Origin: Catajapyx aquilonaris | Taxonomy: Eukaryota | DNA length: 64,000 bases | Direction: 5' to 3' | NCBI GenBank assembly: GCA_000934665.2 | Contig: KZ537967.1 | Location: 124,001-188,000 of the forward strand | Shown: piece after piece, positions 1 through 12,401 of the stretch | How positions within the stretch are numbered: position 1 is the stretch's first letter | Layout of the letters: each line of letters opens with the position of its first letter | Translations under genes and position numbers: made by a program | The notes under the pieces: generated by a model | What the model was told of the DNA's origin: nothing | Database searches by the model: none | What the model saw: the letters and a program-made list of their open reading frames with translations, nothing else

Positions 1-1380
1 ATATTTTTTTGGGGACACCATCACCACTAGAGTACACAAGTGTGGGAGAGTGTCCCCTAGTAGGATTGTGTGTGCTTGGTACAAGCCTCTAATGTAGTAC
101 AGGGCAGGGAAGGCAGCCGAGTGCATCTAGAATACCCGCTTATCACGCTTCGTTAGTCTCTGCGGTCTCTCCTGGCGTCCTTTGTCTCTTCCGGAGCAGA
201 TTGAAATCAAACAGGGGCATTTGCAGACAAACAATCATTTCCACTCGAGCAGAAGCAGAAGAGAGATGTTCAATAGAGAGAGAGAGAGGCCTTGTACTTG
301 TAAGGCAGGCCCGTTTTCTTTGGTAAAGGGGGGGCCGAATGGCTGCAATTATGGGCTGCCAAATCGGCATTCACTCGGAAACGGAAAATTAAGACCTCCG
401 CAAAGCATAATGGTTGTCAGGCGGTGCTAATAAAGACTATTATCCAGTACCGGGGGCATATTGCAAGGCGGTGTTTTCCACTCTGCAGAGGGTTGTACCA
501 ATCTACCCAGAAACACCAATTAAACGACCCGATTGTACTAACGAGCCTATCTGAATAGGACACGCATTCTAGTTTTGATGGGAAACGCAACTGTTTACTT
601 CACTAATGTTGTTCGCGTGGGGGGCTCGACTGGTATATAAAACAGTCGTGTTTGATCCAGGCTTAAACACTAAAGCTCATGTTTTTCACAATGATAACAA
701 AAAAATTATTATACCGATAACTACCTCCAAAACATAGCTAGTAACCACCTAATAAATCTTTCACGCCTAATATTATCAGAGCAAGATAAGCCGTTCGAGC
801 ATGGTGTAGCATTCAAGAAAATGAAGACTACAAGCTTGTAATAAAACATCGGTTGCTGCCATGTTGTTGGGGGTCGGGACAAAAACCAGGCCTCTGATAA
901 ACTCTGGAGCTTTTCCGTCAATAGAAATTCGGCTCACGCGAATGGCTCGCAACTCGCGTTAATCCTGATTTAAGACCAGGCAACTCCAGCCGACGCCATG
1001 AGATGCATATTTTTGCCAAACCCACTTTTATAACCGACAGTAAAAACCGCAGCTGGAGCCGATATTTTTCCTTACTGTTACCATATTTTTTTTCATTCGG
1101 AGGGGTGAGGGTTTTGGGGTCCCACCTTTGGTTTCAAAAAATTTGTTTCAGTTACAACCCGACTGCTGGTCCTAACCAAGACATACAGCCTGCCTAAAAT
1201 CCCGAAAGAGCCTGAACCGCATTTATCAGCTGAGGATTCGCGGTTTCTTTTTGGCCATCTCAAAAAAAGTGCATGTGCCTAAGGGTGGTTTGCTAAAAAC
1301 AGAAAATGTTAGTAGAATAACAATTGGACGTTGTTATGCAATAATATGTCAACCCAAAAAAATATCACAGGGACATATGA

Positions 1381-1623
1381 GGGGTCTCACATCAAAAGCG
1401 GCTAAGTCCATTTTTGGCGGGTGTAACACAAATACGTCCAGCAATATTGTACGACGTATTTTAATGTCATTGGGTATTAATTGCACTTTTGAGTATGTAG
1501 CTGAGTCGTGGCAGCATATGAATGCAAAAAGTTTCACGATTGTACCAGTGAAAGTTAAGTAATAAGCAGTTTTTTCTCATTTTACGACCCGTTTTTTTGG
1601 ACTTAGCCGCTTTTGATCTACCC
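1381..1623. mobile_element. MITE-like non-autonomous DNA transposon
   Basis: Perfect 20-bp inverted repeat atcaaaagcggctaagtcca (1391-1410) / tggacttagccgcttttgat (1598-1617), extending imperfectly to GGG...CCC ends. Interior is AT-rich and non-coding. Confidence 0.7.
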
Positions 1624-3283
1624 AAAGGATCGTACTTCTTCATTCAGTTAAAATCAAGCTGGCAAAATACTGTATGCATACTTCTGCCATAAATGATCGA
1701 AAAGGACACTGAATTAATTTCACAGTAAAAAGCCATTTTTCTCAAAACTGTTCTCATGTGGGTTGACTCATTATTGAATAACACCATCCATTTTGCTTCA
1801 GGTCATTTGAACATAGTAAGGCTAATATTACCTATACCAATTGGAATTTCGGCCAGAATTGTCATGGTTGGACCACCATGTATAGATTCAGATAGGAAGT
1901 TGTTGTAGTATAATAAAACCGACGACTCCATCCCTTGGTCTCGTCGAGTCTTGTAAATCCTCCAAAACAAGGGACTGAACGACATATATGGCGGTTCTCC
2001 TTGGCAAGGCTGGAAGCTCATCAAAATGCAAATTGCGAAACTTTATCACCTGCATGTGGGAATAAATTAGGGAAAGGCCCTGCAGAAATGCAGGGGAAAC
2101 CCTTAGGATTCTCTCTCCTTTTCATACTTGGCATAACCCGAAGGAATAGGTGTTCTAAGTTGCGCCACTTGGTCCTTTTTTTCTCTCTCTTCCAATAGCA
2201 AAGCAACGCTTGGGGACATGTAAAACCGGGTGCTTAACCAATCTCCAAAATATGTCCTGAGGTGACGTTTTGGCGAAAACTTCCCCCCTTCCCCTCCCCC
2301 TCCCCTCCCTTACGAGCCAGTTTCAGGGACCCGGGCTAATTTTCTGCCCGCGGGCCACTCTCCCTCCAGATATAAATCCTGTACCAATCTCCACACGGAA
2401 TGGCATTAGCTCTCGGCTTGTCCCCGCTTATCTGTCCCGCTCTCATAAAGTAAATCCAGCCAGATAAAGCCCTCCCATCCTCTCTCCGGATCCAATATCC
2501 CCCAGCGAGAGTTTTGCTTATACTATGGGGCTATGCTGTTTTCGCTTTTTTTTCTTTCCAAACGCCCTTTTCCCCTAGCAACAATACTTGCAAATCCGCC
2601 AGAAAAAAAAGCCTGATTTGAAATGCAAGTCACTCATTAATATTCGAGACTCAAATGAAAAAAAGGGCCCGATAACTTGTATTCGTCTCATTTGCTATGT
2701 TATTAAACTGTTAATTAAAAACTGTTATTTTATAAAACGAGCTCCTATAGAAATAATTCTGTAAAAAATCATTTAATATGCGCATATCATGCATAGGCTC
2801 GCATAAATTTTTTTAACAAAATTGCGCGCATTATCAGTGAAGCATGATCTTGGCTGGTGTCTCATTATTTTTTGGACTAAAATTTTCAGCAGTTATATGC
2901 ATATCCAGCTGTAATTGAATTTTGTAAAAATTTTCAGCTTGCATACTGATAAGAGCTGACACTTATTTTTTTCAGCCTAGTCCATTTCTAGTTTTATTAA
3001 TACTTTTTCCCCCCCATTCCTTTTCTCGAAGGTACACGTACTGGTCATCGCAATCCTGGAATATCTTCTCCACCACATCGCCTGGGCAGTAAATCCAGGC
3101 AAGTCCATTTTCTTTTTCTTTTTTTTCCTCTTACATTTTATGATCCCTCGAAAGGCAACGGATAGTCCAAGGAAAGGTGTCCCTCACAGATACGGCAAGC
3201 AAATCCGGAAATTACTCTGGACGTCCCGATAAATCCTAAGCCAAAAAGGGCCAAAAAAAACCAGAAAAAAATGATTCAGCTTG

Positions 3284-3478
3284 TACATTTTTTTTACAAA
3301 TACAAGTACGCACCACAGTTCACGCAAAGTGGCGGTTGTATGTGGGTATGTTGAGCTGCACTTATTTCCAATGCTACGGTTGTGGGAAAACAATATGGAT
3401 GACGTTTGCGACGTTGCAAAGTATAGCTGCGCGAGTGTGGATGCGCACTAGGTTACGCTCGTAAATAATTCGTATATA
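3284..3478. mobile_element. Palindromic MITE family A, short copy
   Basis: Shares gcaccacagttc.cgca, gcacttatttccaa.gctacg, cgtttgcgacgttgc and tgcgcgagtgtgg.tgcgcact.ggtt.cgctc with 34291-34969. The two ends are imperfect inverted repeats. Confidence 0.75.
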
Positions 3479-6400
3479 TAAAAACATTTCTTGGTCAACA
3501 ATAATTCCAGTTGGGGTGTCCCCTGATGGATCCAGGATGAAATTAAAGTCTGAAGTAAATGAAGCTCGTTTCATCTCAAGGCAAGCTTATATCTCAGGAG
3601 TCAGAATAAAAGAAAAAAAAGCCCCCCCCCCCCCTCGCTTCACGCAAGTCTATTACTCCACTCCATACGCCTTCAGACTAGCGTCCACAGGAGCCTAATA
3701 AAAACTTGCCGGGGAATGTTTATCCCCAGCCGTAATTCTTTGGCGTCATCACTGCCTTTGTGATTCTCGGTCCGCTACTAAACTACTAAAAAAAAAACCT
3801 GGAAAAAAAAACTGGGGTGTAGAGAATAGGGTTTTGCTATAACCCACGAGCAAGGTCCGGCCTAGAAAAAAAAGACTAACACCGGGTAGGGTCCACCGTA
3901 AAACCCGCCGTTATCACCAACGCCCATTCCCTAGCTGGCAAAATCCTTACTTGCAACGGCATCCTATCACAGAACTCGTTCTGTAAACATTAGGTGAGAG
4001 TTCTATGGTGCTGAAACCGGGTGTGATGTAATTACAGGCCAGAAGAATCTGGTTTTAGCTTACTTATTCGCTTTAAATGTAGAAAAAACAGTAACTGTTA
4101 GCACTCTAGCAAGGAGTTACGAATGCCTCAACAGATGGCGCACCCTCCCTCTCTGCACACTACTGCCACTGTCAAGGTTGTGAGCGGATTTGGTACTACA
4201 TGCACCTATGAACTGAGATGACTCACCCCGGACAAACAGGCCGAAACATTTTTTAAAAACATATAACATACAGTTTAAATCGTTACCGATATCGGTGCGA
4301 CAATTTGGGGACAATCGTAATCAAGTACAGGTCATTGACTAACGCGCCCTCGACACGCTTGGATGCCAACTGCCATTGACATAAATTGGAGGGGTAGTTG
4401 TTCTGATAATTATTAGCTATACAATCCGAACCGATAGTCGCCCTGGTACTAATCATCGCTTTCATTAATATTATTATCAAACATGTTTCATCATTTTATT
4501 ATTGGCCATATATACCGTGGGAAAAGCTTGAAGCAAATTGTATTGATAACCCGCGCTGGTTAATTATTAATTAAATTTTGGTACAGTTCAGTGAAGTACG
4601 TTAGCTAACGTTTGGTTGCGCCAAACTATTTTATTTGCATAATCACTGCAAACAACATCTGATTACGCAGCAGAAATCAACTGTAACTGTCAACCAATCG
4701 TGGTTCAGAATGGCCCGTTAATTGCCTGTGGGATTAGACATCTCCCATGTATTTCTTTACACAAGTACAGGGTGTTGCAAATTTTGTTAAAATTAGTTTC
4801 GTCGCGTCTTTTCGCTGGGTCCTTCAGGGGTCAGCTTGTGGGTTATATACCACCCGCTACTTAAACCGAGCTTATCTCCGCAATGAAGCCAAAATCAGCA
4901 AATTCAACTAGAACAATTTCTTCGCAAGGAACAATTTCCACCCCATGAACTGCAACTAGCAACTAGCAAGAAAGAACAATTCTCTCCCCCCCTTCTCGTG
5001 CCACATACCTTTTCCTCCGAACAATCGTTCCTGTGTGGAGTGATTAAGGGCTTCATAAGACCTTCATAATCGCTCGAAACTTTAGTTGGAATATCTCATT
5101 AGGGCTCGCATACCGATATTGCCTCTCCAATAGCACCAATAGGGGGGTGCCACTGATTAATATTAGGCTATTATCCTAGGAAGAAATTAAGATCGCGCCT
5201 GGGAAAACTTTCTTTACACCCCGCCCCCGGAGCCAGCGGATATAATAAGCCTCGGGTATAATGAGGATCTCATTAAAGACTCCGGAACGATTTTTATCAA
5301 CCGATCCTCGGAGATTACGGTGGCGAATCTATTCAGGTTGACAAATTAAATGCTGCATTGAATAAACTTGGGTCCCCCCTCGCCTTTACAAACTCCTCTC
5401 TTTTATCTTGTACCTCTCCAGGAGAGGGAGAGAAAAAAAAAATCTCTTTTTCCTATTAGCCAACGACTACTTATACGCTCTAACGAGATGCTACTGAAGC
5501 ATAAGAAAATGCAAACCCGATTGAATCTGGCATAAAATGAAGTGCGTAACATACTTGCCCAATAATGGCTCGTGGACTATGTCAAAGTGAGGGTAATGAA
5601 AGGGATAATTTTACTCGTATAAGCGATTGTCGAAAGTTCGACGATGCTCCTTAAGCGACTTTGGTAAGCTAAAAAAAGTTCTGGCTAGACACTCATCATA
5701 GTACAATCTATATGAAAAAGAAAACATAAACGTACATGTAGTAGCTTATTTCCAGGATAAATATGGATTAAACTATTTTTGGCAGATTAAATTTTTAGAT
5801 CATTCCTATAAGATCTTTCCTGTAGAAAATCCTGCACACGTTTCTAACTAAAACCGAGAGCTTTACCACTGTAACCACTACCTCCCGGAAGCCTCGAGTT
5901 TTGTCATCTTTTTAAAACCAGTCCCTCCCAACAACCGGTATCCGGCAGCCCAAGCTCATGCTTATTTATGAAGTGTCTATATAACGAGGAAAGTTTCGCA
6001 ATACGCCCACCCCCGCGTTTAACTTTTGAGACAGTGTTAATTAGTTTGCCTCCACTTATTGTGATGAAACGAGGACTTTTGTGACTGCTGAAGAAGGAAG
6101 AGCAAATTTGGGGTGAAGTTGGGGGCCAACCAGGCATACGGAAAGCGGAAAAGCTAGTCTTTAATCCTTTTCCCGATGCGACCACGCCTTTGCTAAGGCT
6201 TTCAACCATTAGGCCTATCTAGGCCAACAATCCTGAAATAAAATATTCAGAAATCACAAGCTCGACAATTTTCCGGCCAAATTTTGAAACGGACCACTTT
6301 CATGCCTTTTACAGCCAAAAATTTTAAAGGGCCCTTCAAAATAGCGTCTCTCTCCCCCTCTCTCTGACCCAGAAAATTCGATATTTATTGCAACCTTTGT

Positions 6401-8210
6401 TCTCCTTCGCAAGGGGCTCACCGTAATTACCACCTAAATTTAGATGAATGACGTAGTTTTCCTTCAGGTGAATTTAATTTTCCGCCTTTCTTGCTATCCT
6501 GACGTTAAACGCACTGAATAAATCTTTTTCCCCCAGCAAATGCACAGCGCTCTCAAAAACTTCACGCTCCAAGTAAATTCTATCATGATAACGTACAGTT
6601 TTAATGGTCTCAATTTAGGGGATTAATAACTACAAAGGATGGCAGATACAGTTTGTGTAAATTGTTCTGAATGGCACATATTCGGCTGGTGCCTATGCCA
6701 CTTGCAAATGAAACTGTGCAAAGAATTTAATAGATATGTAGGGGATCACCTTGAAACAACTGTATCATTTGTCTCTTTAATAACAGAAACAATAATTCAA
6801 TATTTGCGTCTGTACACGAAAGGTTTCGTTTACACAAGGTAGAGTACATTTTCCGGCAGAAAATTCCGTGTAGTCAAACAAGTGTTATTGTGTCGTCATG
6901 GTGGCTATGGAAAGCAAGCAATTTGGTATGCACACAATCAAAATGGCTCTTCATAATCGGCAAAGTGGACAGGGTCGAGGTAGAGTAAACGTGAAAAAGG
7001 TTCTTCATGATTCAAAATAGTACAAAGGACCCCAAATGCACTGTAGTTGTTCATGTAAAAAATGTACTTATGTCCACTTCGCTCTAATCCTTTACCTACA
7101 GTCATATCTCTGTACAATATTAGGCATAACATAACAACTCCACAGCTACAATGAGACATGGCTTGCAAATTACTACTGCAGCACATGCCCATGAGGTTGC
7201 TCCAACTGCCACTCATAATCCGGATGCAAATTTATGAAAATGAGATCAACACGTTACGTCAAGCTCCTCAGACATTATTTCACCCGCCAGCGATTAAGAC
7301 GATGTTACCGTCATGAAGCCTTAACTCTGCCTAATTCCACCCACTAAGCGGAGGCTGTGTTTTTCACACGACACACAAATTACAACGTCCTAGCTTTATG
7401 ATGGCAGGCAGGGAAAACTAACTTCTTGCCAGCTACATACAACAAGCACAGATTTTTTTTTGTGTGTGGGGGAAGGTGTCTAGGGATGGCACTTAATATT
7501 GCATATAATTACGGTATGTACAGTACGTACTTTTTAAGACCTGGCTCGCCGTACGTCTGAATAAAAAATGGGGGCTTCTCTCAAAAAGTATGCGTCACCT
7601 AAAATTCCATTTTTTTAGGACCCTCTGAAAAATCTCTTAATAATTCATCTCCTTTTTCCCTCCAAAAATACGTCTCTTGGCTGGAAGGGCGCTTATGTCA
7701 TCATTTTGATCCGAATAAAGCTGTTCAGCACATTGGCCTATAAGTCTTGAAATCGCAGTGGAACTTCACCGTGTACACACTGTTTACTGCCTACAGCAGC
7801 GTTTGAATGCTAATCATTCCCAACTCGAGCAAAGAGTCGATGAACAAGACGCCCTAGAAGGAACCCGGGGAGAAAGTGTGCTGGGATCGATCCGAATGCA
7901 AATTGGCTTCATCATCAAAAGGGCCTCACTTGTTTGATTATGTAAATACGATGGTAGTCGTTATTGCAAATCTTCGATTATGCCTCGAGATGATTACATT
8001 TAAGCGGTAATGAGGTCGGCTCTTCTTCAGCCCCCCCTGAAGACGTTTATCGCCTTCCACATATCCCCTGAAGATGTCTACTTCAGAAGCCCCGCCATTT
8101 TACCAACCAAGTTGATTATCAGCTACCGTCAACATTCTGGTACAAAACTTGGCAACACTGCCCAGCTCGCCCCCAGGTGGCGCACAACACTACTGCCGCT
8201 CTCAGGGAGA

Positions 8211-8435
8211 CCCTTACCAATTAATTCTCCCGACCTCGTGGCGAGGTCACAGGACCTCGCAAATTGCGACCTGGCAGAGCTCTAGGTTGTACATCGCAAA
8301 ATGCGAGCTCGCAGCGAGTTCTCATTTGTTTCAAAAACGATTTCCCTGCGAGGTGGGCTAGTGAGGTCGCCACGACCTCGCAGTGTGCAAGGTTGATGCA
8401 AGGTAGTAAGCTACTACATACACGTTGGTGATAAG
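8211..8435. repeat. Cluster of gacctcg/cgaggtc motifs in both orientations, probable degenerate MITE
   Basis: gacctcg-tgg-cgaggtc (8232-8248), gacctcgc, gcgagctcgc, gcgaggt and gaggtcgccacgacctc (8363-8379). Weak end similarity cttaccaa / ttggtgataag. Confidence 0.4.
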
Positions 8436-11018
8436 TCACCGTGGACAGACACAGTCTCGCCTAGTCAATTCTATACATTACATCATAAATTGCTGCTAGT
8501 TACACGTTGAAATATGAAAGAGCGATAACCTAAAACTTAGTGGTCTGAAGCACACTAATTTATAAGCACCTAAAACCTCAAAGTTTGGCTAAAGCTTTGT
8601 TGAACATGTTCAAAGGACATTAATAATGTCAACTGCCCACAAACTTATTCAATCTAAGAAACTTCTTAGAAGCCCACATACTCCAGCCGTTAAGAATTAA
8701 TTATGACTTTAGACAAATACCATTACAGGACCTTCTGTTTGACTTTGCGACATTATCCCCCCCCCCCCAATCCAAGAAAAACAGCTTTTGCAGTGAAACC
8801 TTCAGTTTTCCGGTGGGGTAACCACCCCCCTTGCCCATAGAAACATCCGGAACAAACCACACAAAAGGAGCCCACAGTAGCCCCATTTTCTCTCCTTTTC
8901 CTCATGAAGGAACATTCAAACAAAGCTGACCACATTCCATCCATGAGGATTCCCCACCGGGCTTTCCATCATTTTCAGTCACACTTTCCTGTGGCCATCA
9001 CTCAGTACAGGACGCTTTAAAAAAAGGGTCATTCTCTCAGGACCCATTGAGGGTTTTTGGGCCATAACCGGTCCTATTTCCTTAATCCTTAGTCATCAGT
9101 CCCCCTTTTGAGTTTGTTCCTATGGCAAGGACACCTCTTCTCTCTCTCTTTTTTTTGTCGAGAGAAGGCCTTTTCCTGGCTGAAAATGTCACGAGAAGGG
9201 TGGAATTCCGACCGAGATTCTGAGGGGGCGAGTTTTAATAAGGAATAAAGGCCGCTGGCTCAAGGAGGACTTTTCGATTTGGGTTTTTGGAATAAGGCTT
9301 TCTCTGACAGATCAACGTTCGGTGGAATAGACTGCAAATTGGAAGGAGGAAATGTCGAGAATATCCGATGAAAATTGCCTGGGATTCATCACATAGAGGA
9401 ATTGTTCAACATGAGGCTTATCGCCCTCAGTTATCCGGAATGGTACTTGATAATCTGAATTTTAATATAAAACAATGTGTACTTCCAACAGTGTTAACTG
9501 TATGTAAATCGGCATCACTGTTGCTCTAACTAAGATATTCATGAGAAACTTGGCAAGCGTGCGAGTTAATTCAAACCTCAGCTGCTTAGCGAGTCGACCT
9601 TCAGCTTTGGTCAGATCAGGTTTTACAGTATCCTAGGACATGATACTGTAAAGCACTGTGTCTGCGCTTTACAGTGACTAATGTAAAGAAACTTGAGAAA
9701 GTTTTCGTCTCCTAGAGTACGCTTATTTTCCCCACAAAAAAAAGTGTGCTGTACAAACATTTTAGCTCAAATCATTGTGCTACTTTTACACCAGCTGCCT
9801 TTACAGAATTGGAAAGTTATGGAGTGTTTACACGCGCATTCGGCTGGAAGCAACAATCACTTGTCGAATTGCTTCTTTCGAACCCTTAAGTGATGTGCAC
9901 TTCTGAAATATTTGCCAAACATTGTCACATTTAGTACAGCAAAATATATCCCAAAAAAAATCCAGTTACACTTAGAATTCATATCCGATCATCTGAAAAT
10001 TCCTCTATATAATGTCATATATCTCATCAAAAATACAGTTCGAGAGTAGGAAGAAATATTGTACACGCTTCCATCTTTAGGCCTCCAAAAAATGCGATTT
10101 CAATGCTCACGACTTCCAGAATTGCCCAACTTCTAACCAGCATCTTGACCCCGTCCGATGATATCGGTTGGATTTATAGGCTCTGTTATTTGGCCTCAGC
10201 CGACTCTCGATCGATTCCAAGGAATGAAGGGCGGAACATCTAGATTTCAAATGAAATGTGAGACCCCCCCCCCTTTTTACGAGCCTATTTATATCGCTTC
10301 TATGCCATCTATACACAAGGTGACACAAACATGAGCTGACCACTTATGCAGACTTCCTATAAGGTTTGACTTCACTGATATTTTTGCAAGCATTAGTATT
10401 CAGGTTCAGAAACCGGTAGTAAAAAAAAAAACTGGGGTGTTAATTCCCCTTTCCTCCTCTCTCATGCATTCATGCGACCGTCTCAAGCGATGACGACCAG
10501 CAACATGTGCCAAATCCCATTCGCGTCATAAACAGGACGCCGAATGAGGGTCTATCCCCGACTCGACATTTGCCAAGATGGTCTCGACTCGCACGCACAT
10601 AAAAACATGGGTTGAGTTTTGCTGAGGGGCATGAGCAGGATCTACGAAAAAAATGTTGAGATAAATTTTTTTTGCCATCTGTACAAATGGCCACATATCC
10701 CCGGATGGGTAGATTCGGACGCAACGTTTTTGCGTCCCCCCCAAAAAAATCTGCATTGCTCCAGAGATCCATATGTGAAGACGCAGGGTAGCCATGGCAA
10801 CCTGCTGGTTTGTTCATTACCTAACCATGCAGAGCTGGGGGATCATGAACATATATGTACAGTGTGGGTGAGCAGCTCATGGATTTTATTCAAGTGGGAT
10901 ATACACCTTCGAGCAAATTGTAAGATTTACGAGGGCGCAATTTATGATCACTTGATATGCTTAAAACTTGCCATATATGTATAATTGTATAGTAATTGAA
11001 AACAATAAACCAGTTTTT

Positions 11019-11102
11019 TCATTGCCTCATCTGAGGAGGCCAATCACGCCTCGGTTAGCGCGCTAACCGAGGCGTGATTGGCCTCCTCAGATGAGGCAAT
11101 GA
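11019..11102. repeat. Perfect spacerless 84-bp palindrome
   Basis: tcattgcctcatctgaggaggccaatcacgcctcggttagcg|cgctaaccgaggcgtgattggcctcctcagatgaggcaatga. All 42 pairs match, with the centre between 11060 and 11061. Confidence 0.98.
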
Positions 11103-11956
11103 TGGAGTAACTGATAGCAAAGGGTTTGTTAGCTGATAGCTCTATTAGTGCCATAATTTTACGGCTTGCTATATATATGAACGCAGGGCAGTTTAGAGGT
11201 TTTGCTTTTATCTAGTTCAAAAAGGCCATTTTGAGGTATCCACAATTGCGGAAATACAGGCCAAACTGCTAATCCATATTTTTGCAGCTGGAGGACAATC
11301 GGTAAAGTTTCGGATGGCGAATAATCTAAATTTTATCAGGAATCCGGAGCAATTAGCGGAGTAATTATTGCAATTAAGTTCTATTAAGGGTTCGGCTTTT
11401 CCGTACCCACACGAGTTCATTAAAATAGATAACCACAGGCAGCCCAAATTAAATTACCGGTGCCAGCTGACCCTGGGATTTTGATTGATTCGGTCTAAAC
11501 ACGCCAAATCCTAACAAAAAAGGAGTGATTCAACACAAGTTACAACAATTTGCTCTCTCTCTCTCTCTCTCTCTCGAAAACATGTTGCAAAAAAAGAGAA
11601 GGCATGTCCTCGCAAATTGCTAGAATGGCAAAACATCGCGTGAACAGCCTTAAAAAAACACACACACAAACGGTCCTATATAAATCCTGTCCAGGGGGTT
11701 TTATCAGCCTGTTCTCAACCGTTGCTTTGCTAAAGCACTTATCACTAGACAAACGTGATAAAGAGCACTAGGTCGTGACTATTCATCAGAGCCCATTTTC
11801 GCAAAAAAAAAAGAGAGAGAGAGAGAAAACCAGCCAGCCAAGAGGCCAACATTAGCTTTTCTCACGGTACTATCGATCACCCTATAATGTGGAGGTCATC
11901 GAAATCAAAACCAGGTTAAAATACCAACCGGGCCTATCGATTAAAATCCCTAACAT

Positions 11957-12401
11957 TGTCATTAGAAATGTAAATGACAATGTTGTACAATTTTGGGGAA
12001 TATTTTTTTCACATTTTGCGACATTATTTTAGAAAGTCACAGAGCTATGTGATGACGAGACGTGTATAGTACAATTATTCCGTATACGTTTCTCTCGATA
12101 GGAATCTCTATATGTATAAAGCAGAAAGTCTGTCGGTATGTCCGAGCTACCTAACCCACTTTCGGACTATTGTAATTTACATGATATTCCTATCGAGAGA
12201 GACGTATTGTACTGTATATGTCATGTCATCACTAATAGCTCAGTGACTTTCTAAAATAATGTCTCAAATTGTGAAAAATATTTGAGGAAAAAGTGCTAAA
12301 TTGCAATTTACATTTTTCATGACACTCCAGCAGTTTCCGTACTCTCAGTAGCCCGAAAGTGGGTCAAATACCACACACATTTTCTGTTTTATACATATGA
12401 G
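11957..12401. repeat. Interleaved inverted repeats A-B-A'-B', possibly Helitron-derived
   Basis: A (11957-12105) is the imperfect reverse complement of A' (12186-12324), e.g. gacattattttagaaagtcac / gtgactttctaaaataatgtc. B (12106-12172) is the imperfect reverse complement of B' (12346-12401), e.g. acccactttcgg / ccgaaagtgggt. Confidence 0.85.

Noticed and set aside
11031..11060. ctgagga as a hammerhead ribozyme core (Penelope-like element) in the palindrome
   Set aside because: No GAAA follows a stem II, so the catalytic core is incomplete.
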